From an uncultured Acidobacteriota bacterium (GTDB lineage: Bacteria; Acidobacteriota; Vicinamibacteria; Vicinamibacterales; UBA2999), in contig CAWEBU010000009.1 in assembly GCA_963807405.1 (NCBI GenBank), positions 881,068 to 945,067 on the forward strand: 64,000 nt of DNA. Direction: 5' to 3'. A model generated the notes under the pieces. It did not search any database. It was given only the letters and a program-made list of their open reading frames with translations, and was not told the origin of the DNA. The number at the start of each line of letters is the position of its first letter. The stretch's first letter is position 1. Below, one piece after another: positions 19,727 through 29,001 of this stretch. Both the position numbers and the translations under genes were made by a program.

Positions 19727-20119
19727 ATGCCCACCGTTGAAACCTCCACTCCGCCCGGGACGCCGACGCCCATCGGCCCCTACAGCCACATCGCGCGCGT
19801 CGGGACGTCGGTCACCATCGGCGGCACGGCCGGCTTCGACCCGGCCACCGGCGAGCTGGCCGGAACGGACGTGTCATCGCAGACGCGGCAGATCCTCGAG
19901 TCGTTCCGCGTCATGCTGGCCTCGGTCGGCTCGGACCTCGCCCACGTCGTGCACGTCAGCGTGTTCCTGCGTCACATGACCGACTTCGACGCGATGAACC
20001 GCGCCTACGCGGAGGCGATGGGTGATCATCTCCCCGCGCGCACGGTGATCGGCGTGACCGAACTGCCGACGCCCCGTGTCCTGCTGACGATGAGCCTGAC
20101 CGCCGTCACCCGCGGCTGA
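19727..20119 (+). CDS. RidA/YjgF/UK114 family protein
   Basis: 'PTPIGPYS', 'GSDLAHVV..VFL..M.DFDAMN..Y' and 'PART'. Confidence 0.85.
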   Translation: MPTVETSTPPGTPTPIGPYSHIARVGTSVTIGGTAGFDPATGELAGTDVSSQTRQILESFRVMLASVGSDLAHVVHVSVFLRHMTDFDAMNRAYAEAMGDHLPARTVIGVTELPTPRVLLTMSLTAVTRG

Positions 20120-20124
20120 CCATC

Positions 20125-20174
20125 GTGACGGGACAGACCCCGTTACAACTGGTGACCGTGACAGACCCCGTTAC
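20125..20174. repeat. REP-like short palindromic repeats, copies 2 and 3 in tandem
   Basis: GTGACGGGACAGACCCCGTTAC (20125-20146) and GTGACCGTGACAGACCCCGTTAC (20152-20174). Confidence 0.6.
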
Positions 20175-20195
20175 ACGCCGTTACAATTGCGCAGC

Positions 20196-21992
20196 ATGTG
20201 GCGTCTTCCGCTGATGGCCGTCCTGGCCCTGGCGACCTGGCCGGCGCGCCAGGTGCCGGCGTCCGCACCGGCTGACCTCGTGATCGAGAAGAACGTCGCG
20301 GCGCCGATGCGCGACGGCGTGGTGTTGCGCGCGGATGTCTATCGGTCCGCCGCGCCGGGCCGACGCCCCGCCCTCCTGCAGCGCACGCCCTACTCCAAGA
20401 ATCCAGAGACGCCAGACAGTCAGTACCACCGTCTCGCGCGCGCCGGCTTCGTGGTGGTGGTGCAGGACACGCGCGGGCGCTACACATCGGACGGCGTGGC
20501 CGTGCCGCACGATGAGGGCGAAGACGGCTTCGACACCGTGGAGTGGGTGGCGCAGCTGCCGTACGTGGACGGCCGCGTCGGCATGTTCGGCGGCAGCTAC
20601 AGCGCCACGGTGCAGCTGCTGGCCGCGCCGCTTCGCCCGCCGCATCTGGTCGCGCTCTTCCCGTCGGCCTCCTACGCCAGCCGCTACGACATGGTGTTCC
20701 AGGGCGGCGCCTTCTATCTCGGCGACGGCCTGAGCTGGAACCTCGGCCAGGCCAAGGACGTGCGTCGCCGCACCCTCGAGCCCGGCGCCGACCGCGACGG
20801 CGCGCTCGGCCTGACGGCCGAGGAGCGGCGGCAGTTGCGCGACGAGTGGTACTGGCACCTGCCCCTGACGTCGATCGAGGCACTGCAGCTGCGCCGCTAT
20901 TCGCCCGGCTACTGGGACCTGCTCGCGCATCCCTCGTACGACCCCTTCTGGACGACCTTCGACGTGGCCGCGAAGCATCCGCAGTTCGAGGTGCCCGCCT
21001 ATCACCTCACCGGCTGGTACGACAGCCTGCTGAACGGCACGCTCGCCAACTTCAGCGGTCTGCGCGCCAACGCCGGCACCGAACGGGCGCGCGCGAACCA
21101 GCGACTTATCGTGGGCCCGTGGACGCACGCGCGGCCCACCACCGCCACCACGAAGATCGCGGACGTGGACTTCGGGCCCGAGGCCGGATTCGACTCCGAA
21201 GGCCTGATCGTGCGCTGGTTCCGGCATTGGATGCCGGTGCCGGCCGGCGCCGCATCCGCGCCCGACTGGCCGGGCGCGCCCGTGCGCCTGTTCCTGATGG
21301 GCGAGAACCGCTGGCGCGACGAGCAGGAGTGGCCGCTCGCGCGCGCGGTGCCGACGCCGTTCTACTTGCAGAGCGGCGGCCACGCCCGCAGCCTGGCGGG
21401 CGACGGACGGCTCGAGCGGGCGGCGCCGGCAGGGACGGCCGCCGTCCCGGACACGTTCACCTACGATCCGGCGACGCCCGTGCCCACGGGGCTGTCTGGC
21501 GCCTACTCCCGCATGCCGGTCGACCGCCGTGAGATCCAGCAGCGCGACGACGTGCTCGTCTACACCTCGGGTCCGCTGACCGCGCCGCTCGAGGTGACCG
21601 GGCCCGTGCGGCTCGTGATGTGGATCGCGTCGACGGCCCGCGACACCGACTTCACGGCCGCGCTCAGCGACGTCCAGCCCGACGGGAGTGCCCGCGCTCT
21701 CACCGACGGCATCCTCCGCGCGCGCTACCGGGCGAGCCGGACCGCGCCCGAGTTGCTCGAGCCCGGCCGGCCCTACGAGCTCACGATCGAGGTCGGCGCC
21801 ACCGGCAACGTGTTCCTGCCTGGCCACCGCATCCGCCTCGAAGTGTCGAGCAGCAACTTTCCGCGCTACGATCGCAATCCGAACACGGGCGCGCCGTTTG
21901 CCACCGACGCCGCGACCGTGCCCGCGCGTCAGTCCGTGTTCCACGATCTGTCCCGCCCGTCACGTCTCATCCTGCCGGTGATCCCGCGATGA
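20196..21992 (+). CDS. CocE/NonD family hydrolase (secreted)
   Basis: 'PMRDGVVLRADVY', 'RTPY', 'QDTRGRY.SDG', nucleophile 'GGSYSA', 'GPWTH' and 'SSSNFPRYDRNPNTG'. Confidence 0.9.
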   Translation: MWRLPLMAVLALATWPARQVPASAPADLVIEKNVAAPMRDGVVLRADVYRSAAPGRRPALLQRTPYSKNPETPDSQYHRLARAGFVVVVQDTRGRYTSDGVAVPHDEGEDGFDTVEWVAQLPYVDGRVGMFGGSYSATVQLLAAPLRPPHLVALFPSASYASRYDMVFQGGAFYLGDGLSWNLGQAKDVRRRTLEPGADRDGALGLTAEERRQLRDEWYWHLPLTSIEALQLRRYSPGYWDLLAHPSYDPFWTTFDVAAKHPQFEVPAYHLTGWYDSLLNGTLANFSGLRANAGTERARANQRLIVGPWTHARPTTATTKIADVDFGPEAGFDSEGLIVRWFRHWMPVPAGAASAPDWPGAPVRLFLMGENRWRDEQEWPLARAVPTPFYLQSGGHARSLAGDGRLERAAPAGTAAVPDTFTYDPATPVPTGLSGAYSRMPVDRREIQQRDDVLVYTSGPLTAPLEVTGPVRLVMWIASTARDTDFTAALSDVQPDGSARALTDGILRARYRASRTAPELLEPGRPYELTIEVGATGNVFLPGHRIRLEVSSSNFPRYDRNPNTGAPFATDAATVPARQSVFHDLSRPSRLILPVIPR

Positions 21993-24157
21993 TCCGACGC
22001 CCTGCGGTTCGTGCCGGTGTCCTGCTGCTGTCGGTGTCGCTTGGCGCCTGCGGCGGTGGTCCGCCACCTGCCGCCTCGGGACCCGCCGAGCGGCTGAAAC
22101 TTGGTTACACGCCAGCCACGTCGGCGAAGCAGCAGGACCTCGAAACGCGCTTCCGCACGCTGGTCTCCGCCGAGTCGATGTCGGCCCTCCACCAGCCGCT
22201 GACGCGGCGGCCGCATCCGGCCGGTTCCCCCGGCACCCTGGAAGTCGTGAAGTATCTGCAGGACACGCTCGCCGGCTTCGGCCTCGAGGTGGCGACGCAC
22301 GAGTACCAGGTGCTGCTGTCCGCCCCCCGCAAGGTCGAGGTGACCATGACGGGTCCCGCGCGGCGGGTCCTCAGCGTGCACGAGCCGGTCATGCCCGAGG
22401 ACCCGACCTCGAGCCATCCCGAACTGGGCGGCGGCTACGTCGCCTACTCGCCGTCCGGGACGGCGGCGGGTCAGGTCGTCTACGTGAACTACGGGCTGCC
22501 GGCCGACTACGCGGAGCTCGCCGCGCTCGGCGTGTCGGTCGAGGGGCGGATCGCGCTCGCCCGCTACGGCCGCAGCCACCGCGCCGTGAAGACGCACACG
22601 GCCGAGCAGGCCGGGGCCCGGGCGCTCATTCTCTACAGCGACCCCGGTGACGATGGCGACGCCCGCGGGCCGGCGTGGCCGAACGGCTACTGGCGCGGCG
22701 AGCAGATGGTGCAGCGGGGCAATGCCAAGTACAGCTGGTTCTGGCACGGCGATCCGCTCACGCCCGGCGTCGGCGCCACGGCCGAGGCACCGCGCCTGAC
22801 CGAAGCGGCGGCGCCGACGCTGCCGAAGATTCCGGTGCTCGCGCTCGCGTGGGGCGAAGCGCAACACCTGATGGCCGCGCTCGGCGGCGCCGACGCGCCG
22901 GTGCGCTTTCGCGGCGGCTTGAAGACGGCCTACAAGGTGGGCCCGGGCCCGGCCACCGTGCGTGTCACCGTCGACATGGACCAGGCCGTGCGCCCGATCT
23001 ACGACGTGGTGGCGACGATCAGGGGCCAGTCGACGCCGGAGCGCGTGGTGTTGTTCGGCACCCACCACGACGCCTGGACGTTTGGTGGCGTCGACCCGGG
23101 CACCGGGGCCACGGCCTTGCTCGAAACCGCGAAAGGCCTCGGCCAGCTCGTCAAGAGCGGCTGGACGCCGGCGCGCACCATCTCGTTCGCGTTCTGGGAC
23201 GCCGAGGAGTTCGGCCTGGTCGGCTCGACCGAGTACGCGGAGGAGTTCAAGACTCGCCTCCAGGACCAGCTCATCATGTACGTGAACATCGACATGTACA
23301 TGAAGGGCCGCTTCGATCCGGGCGGCGTGCCGTCGCTGTCGGCGTTCGTGGCCGATGTCGCGCGGGACGTGCCGGAGGGCGGCTCGACCGTGTTCGACGT
23401 GTGGAAGGCCGGCGAGGCCGCCCGGCAGAAGGCCGCCGATCCGGCCGCCTTCACGCCCGCCCTCAAGCCGCTCGGCAGCGGCGCCGACTTCGTGCCGTTC
23501 CAGGACCATCTCGCCGTGCCCACGATGGCCATCGAGTTCATCGGTGAGAACGGCTACGGCTTCGGCACCTACCACACGAACTACGACTCGCGGGCCTACG
23601 TCGAGCAGATTGCCGACCCCGGGTTCACCCAGGGCGTGCTGATGTCGCAGGTCCTCGGTACGATGGCGCTGCGCATGGCCGAGGCGGACGTGCTGCCGTT
23701 TCGCTTCTCCCACTACGTCGCGGCGCTCGGCACGGCCATCGACGATGTGGACACCTGGGCCGCGGCCGCGGGCCTGCCGGCCGAGTCGCAGGGCCTGCGT
23801 GTCCGTGCGCAGGGCGCGGCCACGGCGGCCCGCGACCTCGAAGCGGCGATCGACGCGGGACTGGCGGCCGGCACCCTGACCCGCGGCTCGGCCGTCGCAC
23901 TGAACGACCGCCTCGCCCGGATGGAACAGACACTCGCGGACGACGACGGTGCGCCCGAGACCAAGTGGTACCGTCACGTATTCTACGGGTGGAACATCTA
24001 CTCGCTCTACGACGGGCAGCCCTTCCCCGGACTGGCCGAAGCCTATCGGGTGAAGGACACGGGCCGCGTGGCCCACGAGCGCGCCCGCATCGAACGGGCG
24101 CTCGACCGGATGACGACGCAGCTCGTGGCGGCGACGCGTTCGGTGGACGGGCGCTGA
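21989..24157 (+). CDS. M28B peptidase (glutamate carboxypeptidase II/PSMA-like with PA domain), probable lipoprotein
   Basis: Lipobox 'LGAC'; 'YVNYG...DY', 'GDPLTPG', 'HHDAW.FGGVDP', 'AEEFG', 'GSGADF' and 'YHT.YD'. Confidence 0.88.
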   Translation: MIRRPAVRAGVLLLSVSLGACGGGPPPAASGPAERLKLGYTPATSAKQQDLETRFRTLVSAESMSALHQPLTRRPHPAGSPGTLEVVKYLQDTLAGFGLEVATHEYQVLLSAPRKVEVTMTGPARRVLSVHEPVMPEDPTSSHPELGGGYVAYSPSGTAAGQVVYVNYGLPADYAELAALGVSVEGRIALARYGRSHRAVKTHTAEQAGARALILYSDPGDDGDARGPAWPNGYWRGEQMVQRGNAKYSWFWHGDPLTPGVGATAEAPRLTEAAAPTLPKIPVLALAWGEAQHLMAALGGADAPVRFRGGLKTAYKVGPGPATVRVTVDMDQAVRPIYDVVATIRGQSTPERVVLFGTHHDAWTFGGVDPGTGATALLETAKGLGQLVKSGWTPARTISFAFWDAEEFGLVGSTEYAEEFKTRLQDQLIMYVNIDMYMKGRFDPGGVPSLSAFVADVARDVPEGGSTVFDVWKAGEAARQKAADPAAFTPALKPLGSGADFVPFQDHLAVPTMAIEFIGENGYGFGTYHTNYDSRAYVEQIADPGFTQGVLMSQVLGTMALRMAEADVLPFRFSHYVAALGTAIDDVDTWAAAAGLPAESQGLRVRAQGAATAARDLEAAIDAGLAAGTLTRGSAVALNDRLARMEQTLADDDGAPETKWYRHVFYGWNIYSLYDGQPFPGLAEAYRVKDTGRVAHERARIERALDRMTTQLVAATRSVDGR

Positions 24158-24173
24158 GAGGGATGGACGGGCG

Positions 24174-25331
24174 ATGAACGAGCTGCAGCAACTGCTCCTC
24201 TGGCAATGGAGCACCGGTGTGCAGGTCACGTCGCTCGTGATGATCGCGACGTTCTTCATGCTGCTGGCGCGATCCGACCGGAGGACCGAACTCCGCTGGT
24301 GGGCGTTTGCCTGGGCGGCCAACCTGCTGGCGCTGACCGTGACGCTCATCTACTGGAACGGCAGTCCGGGGGCGTGGCTGCCGGTGTTCTATGGCCTGTA
24401 CATCGGCGCCAAGACTGCCTTCGTGCTCCTCTTCGTGCAGGGCGTCTGGTCGCTGACCCGCCCCGCCGCCCGTCTGATGAGCGGCGCCACCCTTCTCGCC
24501 GCGGGCGTCGGCTACGGCCTCTTCGCCGCCGTGCTCCTCGAGTCGATCCCCGCCGTAGGCGTGGCGCAGCACCTGCCGATGGGCGTCGTCTTCGTCGTGC
24601 TGGCGATCAGCACGGCGCGCGCGCCGGGCCTCGTCTGGCTGGCGGCCGCCATCGCCGTTCGCGGCCTGGTCGCCCTCGCCGAGGGCAGCGCCTACGCCCT
24701 GCTGCTCACCGGGGCCTGGGAGGACGAGTGGCGGGCGGGTGCCGCGACATTCCTGTCGGCCAGCTCGGCCTTCGACATGAGTGCCGAGTGGCTGCTGGTG
24801 CTCGGCAGCGTGCTGGCCGTCTCCACGCGGCGGCAGCGCGATCTCGAGATGACCAATCGTGAGCTGCTGGCGGCGCAGCAATACCTGCGCACGGTGGCCG
24901 ACCGCGATCCCCTGACGACGCTGGCCAACCGGCGGGCCTTGCCGGGAATCCTGCGCGCGGTCCAGCCGGTCGGCGCCATCTTCCTGTTCTTCGATCTCGA
25001 CAACTTCAAGCAGCTCAACGACCGGCACGGACATCTGGCCGGCGACCGCTGTCTGCGCGACTTCGCCGGCGCACTGCGCGACTCCTTCCGCCCCGGCGAC
25101 CACCTGATCCGCTACGGCGGCGACGAGTTCCTGGTGGTGGCGCAGGGTCTCGATCGCGTGTCGGCCCTGGCCCGCGTCGAGGAGGTGTCGGCCCGTATCG
25201 GCCGCCACAATCAGGACGCGGTGCCCTACGGCTTCTCGGTCGGCATGGCCGAGCTCCTGGCGGAGGGACAGCCCGAGGCCGCGCTGCGCGCCGCCGACGC
25301 CGACATGTACCGCGCCAAGGCCGTGAAGTGA
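24174..25331 (+). CDS. Membrane-bound diguanylate cyclase
   Basis: Several TM helices followed by 'DPLTTLANRR', 'DLDNFKQLND..GH..GD', 'RYGGDEF' and 'AD..MY.AK'. Confidence 0.9.
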   Translation: MNELQQLLLWQWSTGVQVTSLVMIATFFMLLARSDRRTELRWWAFAWAANLLALTVTLIYWNGSPGAWLPVFYGLYIGAKTAFVLLFVQGVWSLTRPAARLMSGATLLAAGVGYGLFAAVLLESIPAVGVAQHLPMGVVFVVLAISTARAPGLVWLAAAIAVRGLVALAEGSAYALLLTGAWEDEWRAGAATFLSASSAFDMSAEWLLVLGSVLAVSTRRQRDLEMTNRELLAAQQYLRTVADRDPLTTLANRRALPGILRAVQPVGAIFLFFDLDNFKQLNDRHGHLAGDRCLRDFAGALRDSFRPGDHLIRYGGDEFLVVAQGLDRVSALARVEEVSARIGRHNQDAVPYGFSVGMAELLAEGQPEAALRAADADMYRAKAVK

Positions 25332-25349
25332 ACCGTCGGGCGGCGTCTG

Positions 25350-25666
25350 TTACTGCGGCGCTGTGAGGCGGATGGTCGTGCCGTCGATGAGATGGTCGAC
25401 GCTGACGGGCGCCCCGCCCGCCGGCCGTGGCTACTCGCTCGGTCCTGCCCGCTCCACGGGCGTACGAGAACCGCGCCGAAGAGGCGGCCGCCAGCTGACG
25501 GTGATGCCAGTTGCGCCAGCCACTGACGCGCCAGGGCATTCAGCGGCGTCGGCGCGCATGACGTCGCTTCCGCTGCGGCCGGCGCCAGGGCGGGCAGCGT
25601 CACCGCCAGCCACACGAACAGCGCGCCGACGAGACAAGGTTGCTGGCCCGGCCTGAGGAATCGCAT
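25350..25666 (-). CDS. Possible small exported hypothetical protein (frame broken)
   Basis: Signal-like N-terminus from the ATG at 25666; a plausible C-terminus 'APVSVDHLIDGTTIRLTAPQ*' lies in another frame. Confidence 0.25.
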
Positions 25667-25711
25667 GGCGTTCCAGGCGCAGTGCAGCGGTGACGTGCGC
25701 CGCCGCGCGGA

Positions 25712-26413
25712 TCATCGCGGGCAGATCGTGCCGAACGCGAACCCCTTCGCGCGCAGCGCCGGAATGATGCGATCCAGCGTCTGCACCGCGTAGCGTCGAT
25801 CGGCGCGTGGATTCTTGTGGTGCCCGTCGTGGATGACGAGGATGTCTCCATCGGACGACTCGCGGACGAGCCGCGGCACGAGGTCGTCGGCCGTGCGTTC
25901 CCGGAACCAGTTGAAGTCCCATAGCATCCAGCCCCACCCCACGACGGTGTAGCCCGCCTGGGCGGCGCCCATCAGCATCGGCACGCTCCGGTGTCCGGCG
26001 TGGGGACGGAAGGCGCGGCAGGCCTGCACGCCCGTGAGCAGTTCCAGCCTGGCGGCCGATTCCTGCAGCATCGAGGCCACCCACGTCGGGCGCCGGAACA
26101 TCGGCTCGCGCGAGTGCCAGTGCAGCGCCACGGCGTGGCCCTCGTCGGCGGCCCTTCGCACGATCGCCGCGGTGTCCCGCGTCAGGTGCCGGTCGATGGT
26201 GAAGAAGGTGGCGTGCGCACCATGTCTCGCCAGCACGTCGAGCACGGCGGGCGTGGCGGTCGGGTTCGGCCCGTCGTCGAAGGTCAGATAGACGGTCGGC
26301 ACGCCGGTGCGCGGCATCCGCCACACGGTGTGGCTCGTCACGTCGAGCAGGAATGGAAACGGCGCGAAGTGCGACAGCACCGCGAGGCCGATCGCCGCAA
26401 GGAGCACGACCAT
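25712..26413 (-). CDS. Polysaccharide deacetylase (CE4/NodB) family protein
   Basis: 'YLTFDDGP', 'ATFF', 'FRP..G' and 'VIHDG'; hydrophobic N-terminus. Confidence 0.85.
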   Translation of the reverse strand: MVVLLAAIGLAVLSHFAPFPFLLDVTSHTVWRMPRTGVPTVYLTFDDGPNPTATPAVLDVLARHGAHATFFTIDRHLTRDTAAIVRRAADEGHAVALHWHSREPMFRRPTWVASMLQESAARLELLTGVQACRAFRPHAGHRSVPMLMGAAQAGYTVVGWGWMLWDFNWFRERTADDLVPRLVRESSDGDILVIHDGHHKNPRADRRYAVQTLDRIIPALRAKGFAFGTICPR

Positions 26414-26504
26414 TCAGGATGTCTGTGGCCGGGCGGCAGGCCCGGCGCATTCCCAGCCGAGCATACGTCAGGCGGTCGCCTGGGGACCCTGGAGCGGCTC
26501 CGTC

Positions 26505-26548
26505 TTGACTTGCAACATTCGATTCATTACAGTGCAACAAGTGTTGCA
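26505..26548 (+). promoter_or_regulatory. Sigma-70 promoter with overlapping palindromic operator upstream of the chrB-like gene
   Basis: TTGACT (26505-10)-N17-TACAGT (26528-33); palindrome TGCAACA-AG-TGTTGCA (26533-48); extra half-site TGCAACA at 26511-17. Confidence 0.7.
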
Positions 26549-27577
26549 ATGACTGAATCAGTCCCTGCCCGCTGGCTGGTGCTGCTGTTCCAGGCCGCGG
26601 GGCGTTCGTCCAGCGCGCGGGTCCGGATCTGGCGCCGGCTGCAGGAGATGGGCGCGGTGCAGATCCGCCAGGCAGCCTACGTCCTGCCCAATCGCGAGCA
26701 GGCGCGCGAAGACCTCGAGTGGCTGAAGGCCGAGATCCTGGCCACAGGGGGCCAGGCCACGGTGCTGCTGGCAAGCGCCACCGACGGCTTCGCCGACGAC
26801 GAGATCGTCGCGGTGTTCCGGGCCGCGCGCGCCGCCGACGTCGCTCGATTGACCAGCCAGGGACGGGCACTGGTGCGCCGCCTGGCGCGCAGGGGCGAGC
26901 GCCCGGCGCGCGACGGGGTCGACCGGGCGACCGCGGCGTTCGTCGCGCGGTGCCGGCAGCTGGCAACCATCACCTTCTTCGACACGCCGGGCACGGCGGA
27001 ACTGGAGGAGCTCGTGGCGCAACTGACCAACTCGACCACCCGTGGCGCCGGCGGGGCCGGCACGTCTCGGACACTCGACCCGGCGGCCTACCGGCGGCGC
27101 CGGTGGATCACGCGGCCGCGGCCGGGCGTGGACCGCATGGCGTCGGCGTGGCTCATCCGCACCTTCATCGATCCAGAGGCCCGCTTCGCCTTCGCCGGCC
27201 AGCCGGAGAAGGACGCCGTGCCCTTCGACATGTTCGGCGTCGAGTTCGGCCACCAGGGCGACGCCTGCACGTTCGAGGTGTTGCGGACCCGGTTCGGCGT
27301 CGAGGACACGGCCGTGGACTGGATCGCGCGCATCGTGCACGACGTCGACCTTCGCGATCGGAAGTACGACGAGGCCGAGGCAGCGGGCGTGGAGCTGATG
27401 GTCGACGGCCTGCGCCGAGCCCATCCCGACGACGGCGACCTGCTCGAGCGCGGCATCGCGCTCTTCCACTCGCTCGCCAAGGGCTATCAGGCTCGCGTCC
27501 CGGAGCCGCGGACCAGGACGGCGACCACGCGGCGGGCCACCAAGCGCCCCCGATCGCGAGCGCGCGGCAGGAGCTAG
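26549..27577 (+). CDS. chrB: Chromate resistance protein ChrB-like regulator (ChrB N- and C-terminal domains)
   Basis: 'RVRIWRRLQ.MGAV....AYVLP', 'WITRPRPGVDRMASAWLIRTFID..A.F', 'PFDM.GVEFGH.GDACTFE' and 'IVHDVDL'. Confidence 0.82.
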   Translation: MTESVPARWLVLLFQAAGRSSSARVRIWRRLQEMGAVQIRQAAYVLPNREQAREDLEWLKAEILATGGQATVLLASATDGFADDEIVAVFRAARAADVARLTSQGRALVRRLARRGERPARDGVDRATAAFVARCRQLATITFFDTPGTAELEELVAQLTNSTTRGAGGAGTSRTLDPAAYRRRRWITRPRPGVDRMASAWLIRTFIDPEARFAFAGQPEKDAVPFDMFGVEFGHQGDACTFEVLRTRFGVEDTAVDWIARIVHDVDLRDRKYDEAEAAGVELMVDGLRRAHPDDGDLLERGIALFHSLAKGYQARVPEPRTRTATTRRATKRPRSRARGRS

Positions 27578-27604
27578 CACACCGTTCGGAACAGGAGGCA
27601 CAGC

Positions 27605-28947
27605 ATGCAGTGCGATCGACGCTCGTTCCTCGGTGGTCTGGGGGCGGTCGTTGCCACCGGGCCGGCCAATCACTCCGCGGCGGACGCCCAGACGGCGGCG
27701 GCGCCCGACCGGTCCAGCGCCTGGCGTCGGGAGTTTCCGGCTCTCGACCAGCGGGTCCACGGACACCGGCTCGCCTACCTGGACAGCGCCGCGACGACGC
27801 TGCGGCCGCGGGCCGTCATCGACGCCGTGTCGCGCTTCTACGAGACGGACAACGCCAATCCCGGGGCCGCCCTCCATACCCTGGCGCGGCGCTCGGCGAG
27901 CCGCTACGCGGCCGCGCGGGCGCGGGTCGCCACCTTCCTGAACGCCGACCCGAGCGAGGTGGTGTTCACCAAGGGCACGACCGAGGGCCTCAACCTGGTG
28001 GCGACCGTCTTCGCCGCCGAGCTGAAGCCGGGCGACGAGATCGTGCTGACGGTGGCCGAGCACTACTCGAACCTGCTGCCGTGGCGGGCACTGGCCACGC
28101 GCACCGGGGCCATCGTCCGCGTGGTCGACATCGACGACCACGGCCGCCTGATGGCGGCGCGGTTCGCTGCCGCGATCACGTCGCGGACGAGGCTCATCGC
28201 GTTCGGCCACGTCTCGAACGTGCTTGGCCTGGTGGCGCCGGCGGCCGAGATTCTGTGCCGCGGCCCGGGCCCGCGGGGTGCCGGTCGTCATCGACGCGGC
28301 GCAGTCGGCGCCCCATCTCAGGCTCGACGTCCGGGCCCTCGACTGCGACTTCCTCGCCTTCTCATCGCACAAGATGCTCGGCCCGATGGGGGTCGGCGTG
28401 CTGTGGGCGCGGGGAAGCTGGCTCGATCGCCTGCCGCCGTATCAGGTGGGCAGCAACATGGCCCACGAGGTGGAGGGCGACAGCGCCCAGTTCGAGCACG
28501 GCGCGCTGAAGTACCAGGCCGGCACGCCCAATGTGTCCGGGCCGGTTGGGCTGGCCGCGGCGCTCGACATGCTGGACGGCATCGGCATCGACCAGGTGCG
28601 AGGGCACGACGACGCGCTGGTGGCCCATGCGCGCGAAGGCTTCGCGCGCGTCCCGGGCCTGCGGGTACTCGGCACGCTCGACGACGCCCACCGGCTGCCG
28701 GTGTTCACGTTCTCGCTGCCGGGCGTGACCGCCGGCGCCCTCGTGCAGGCGCTCGACGCCGAAGGCGTGGCGGTCCGCGGCGGCGACATGGCGGCGCTGC
28801 CGCTCCTCAGTCGGCTTGGGCCTTCGCGAGGCGGTGCGCGCGTCGTGCTACCTCTACACCAGCCTCGACGACATCGACCGGCTCGTCGACGGGCTGCAGC
28901 GCCAGGCCGGTCGCGCCGTCACGCCGAAATTCATCGTTCGCGGCTGA
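27605..28947 (+). CDS. SufS/class V aminotransferase-like PLP enzyme with Tat-type leader, lacking the catalytic Cys (frameshifts near 28253 and 28820)
   Basis: YLDSAATT, FTKGTTEGLN, EHYSN, DAAQSAPH, SSHKMLGP (PLP Lys), AGTPN, 'RGGDMAALP' and 'RASCYLY...DIDRL', spread over three frames. Confidence 0.8.
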
Positions 28948-28978
28948 TCTCGGCCCTCCAGCGCGTGCAGAACACCGA

Positions 28979-29001
28979 GGCCGGACCGGCCGGGTCCGGC
29001 C
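28979..29001. terminator. GC-rich hairpin after the SufS-like gene
   Basis: GGCCGGACC-N5-GGTCCGGCC perfect 9-bp stem; no U-tract. Confidence 0.35.

Noticed and set aside
20125-20184. Tandem repeats as a possible mini-CRISPR
   Set aside because: Only two adjacent copies separated by 5 bp, no spacer-length gaps, and no cas genes.
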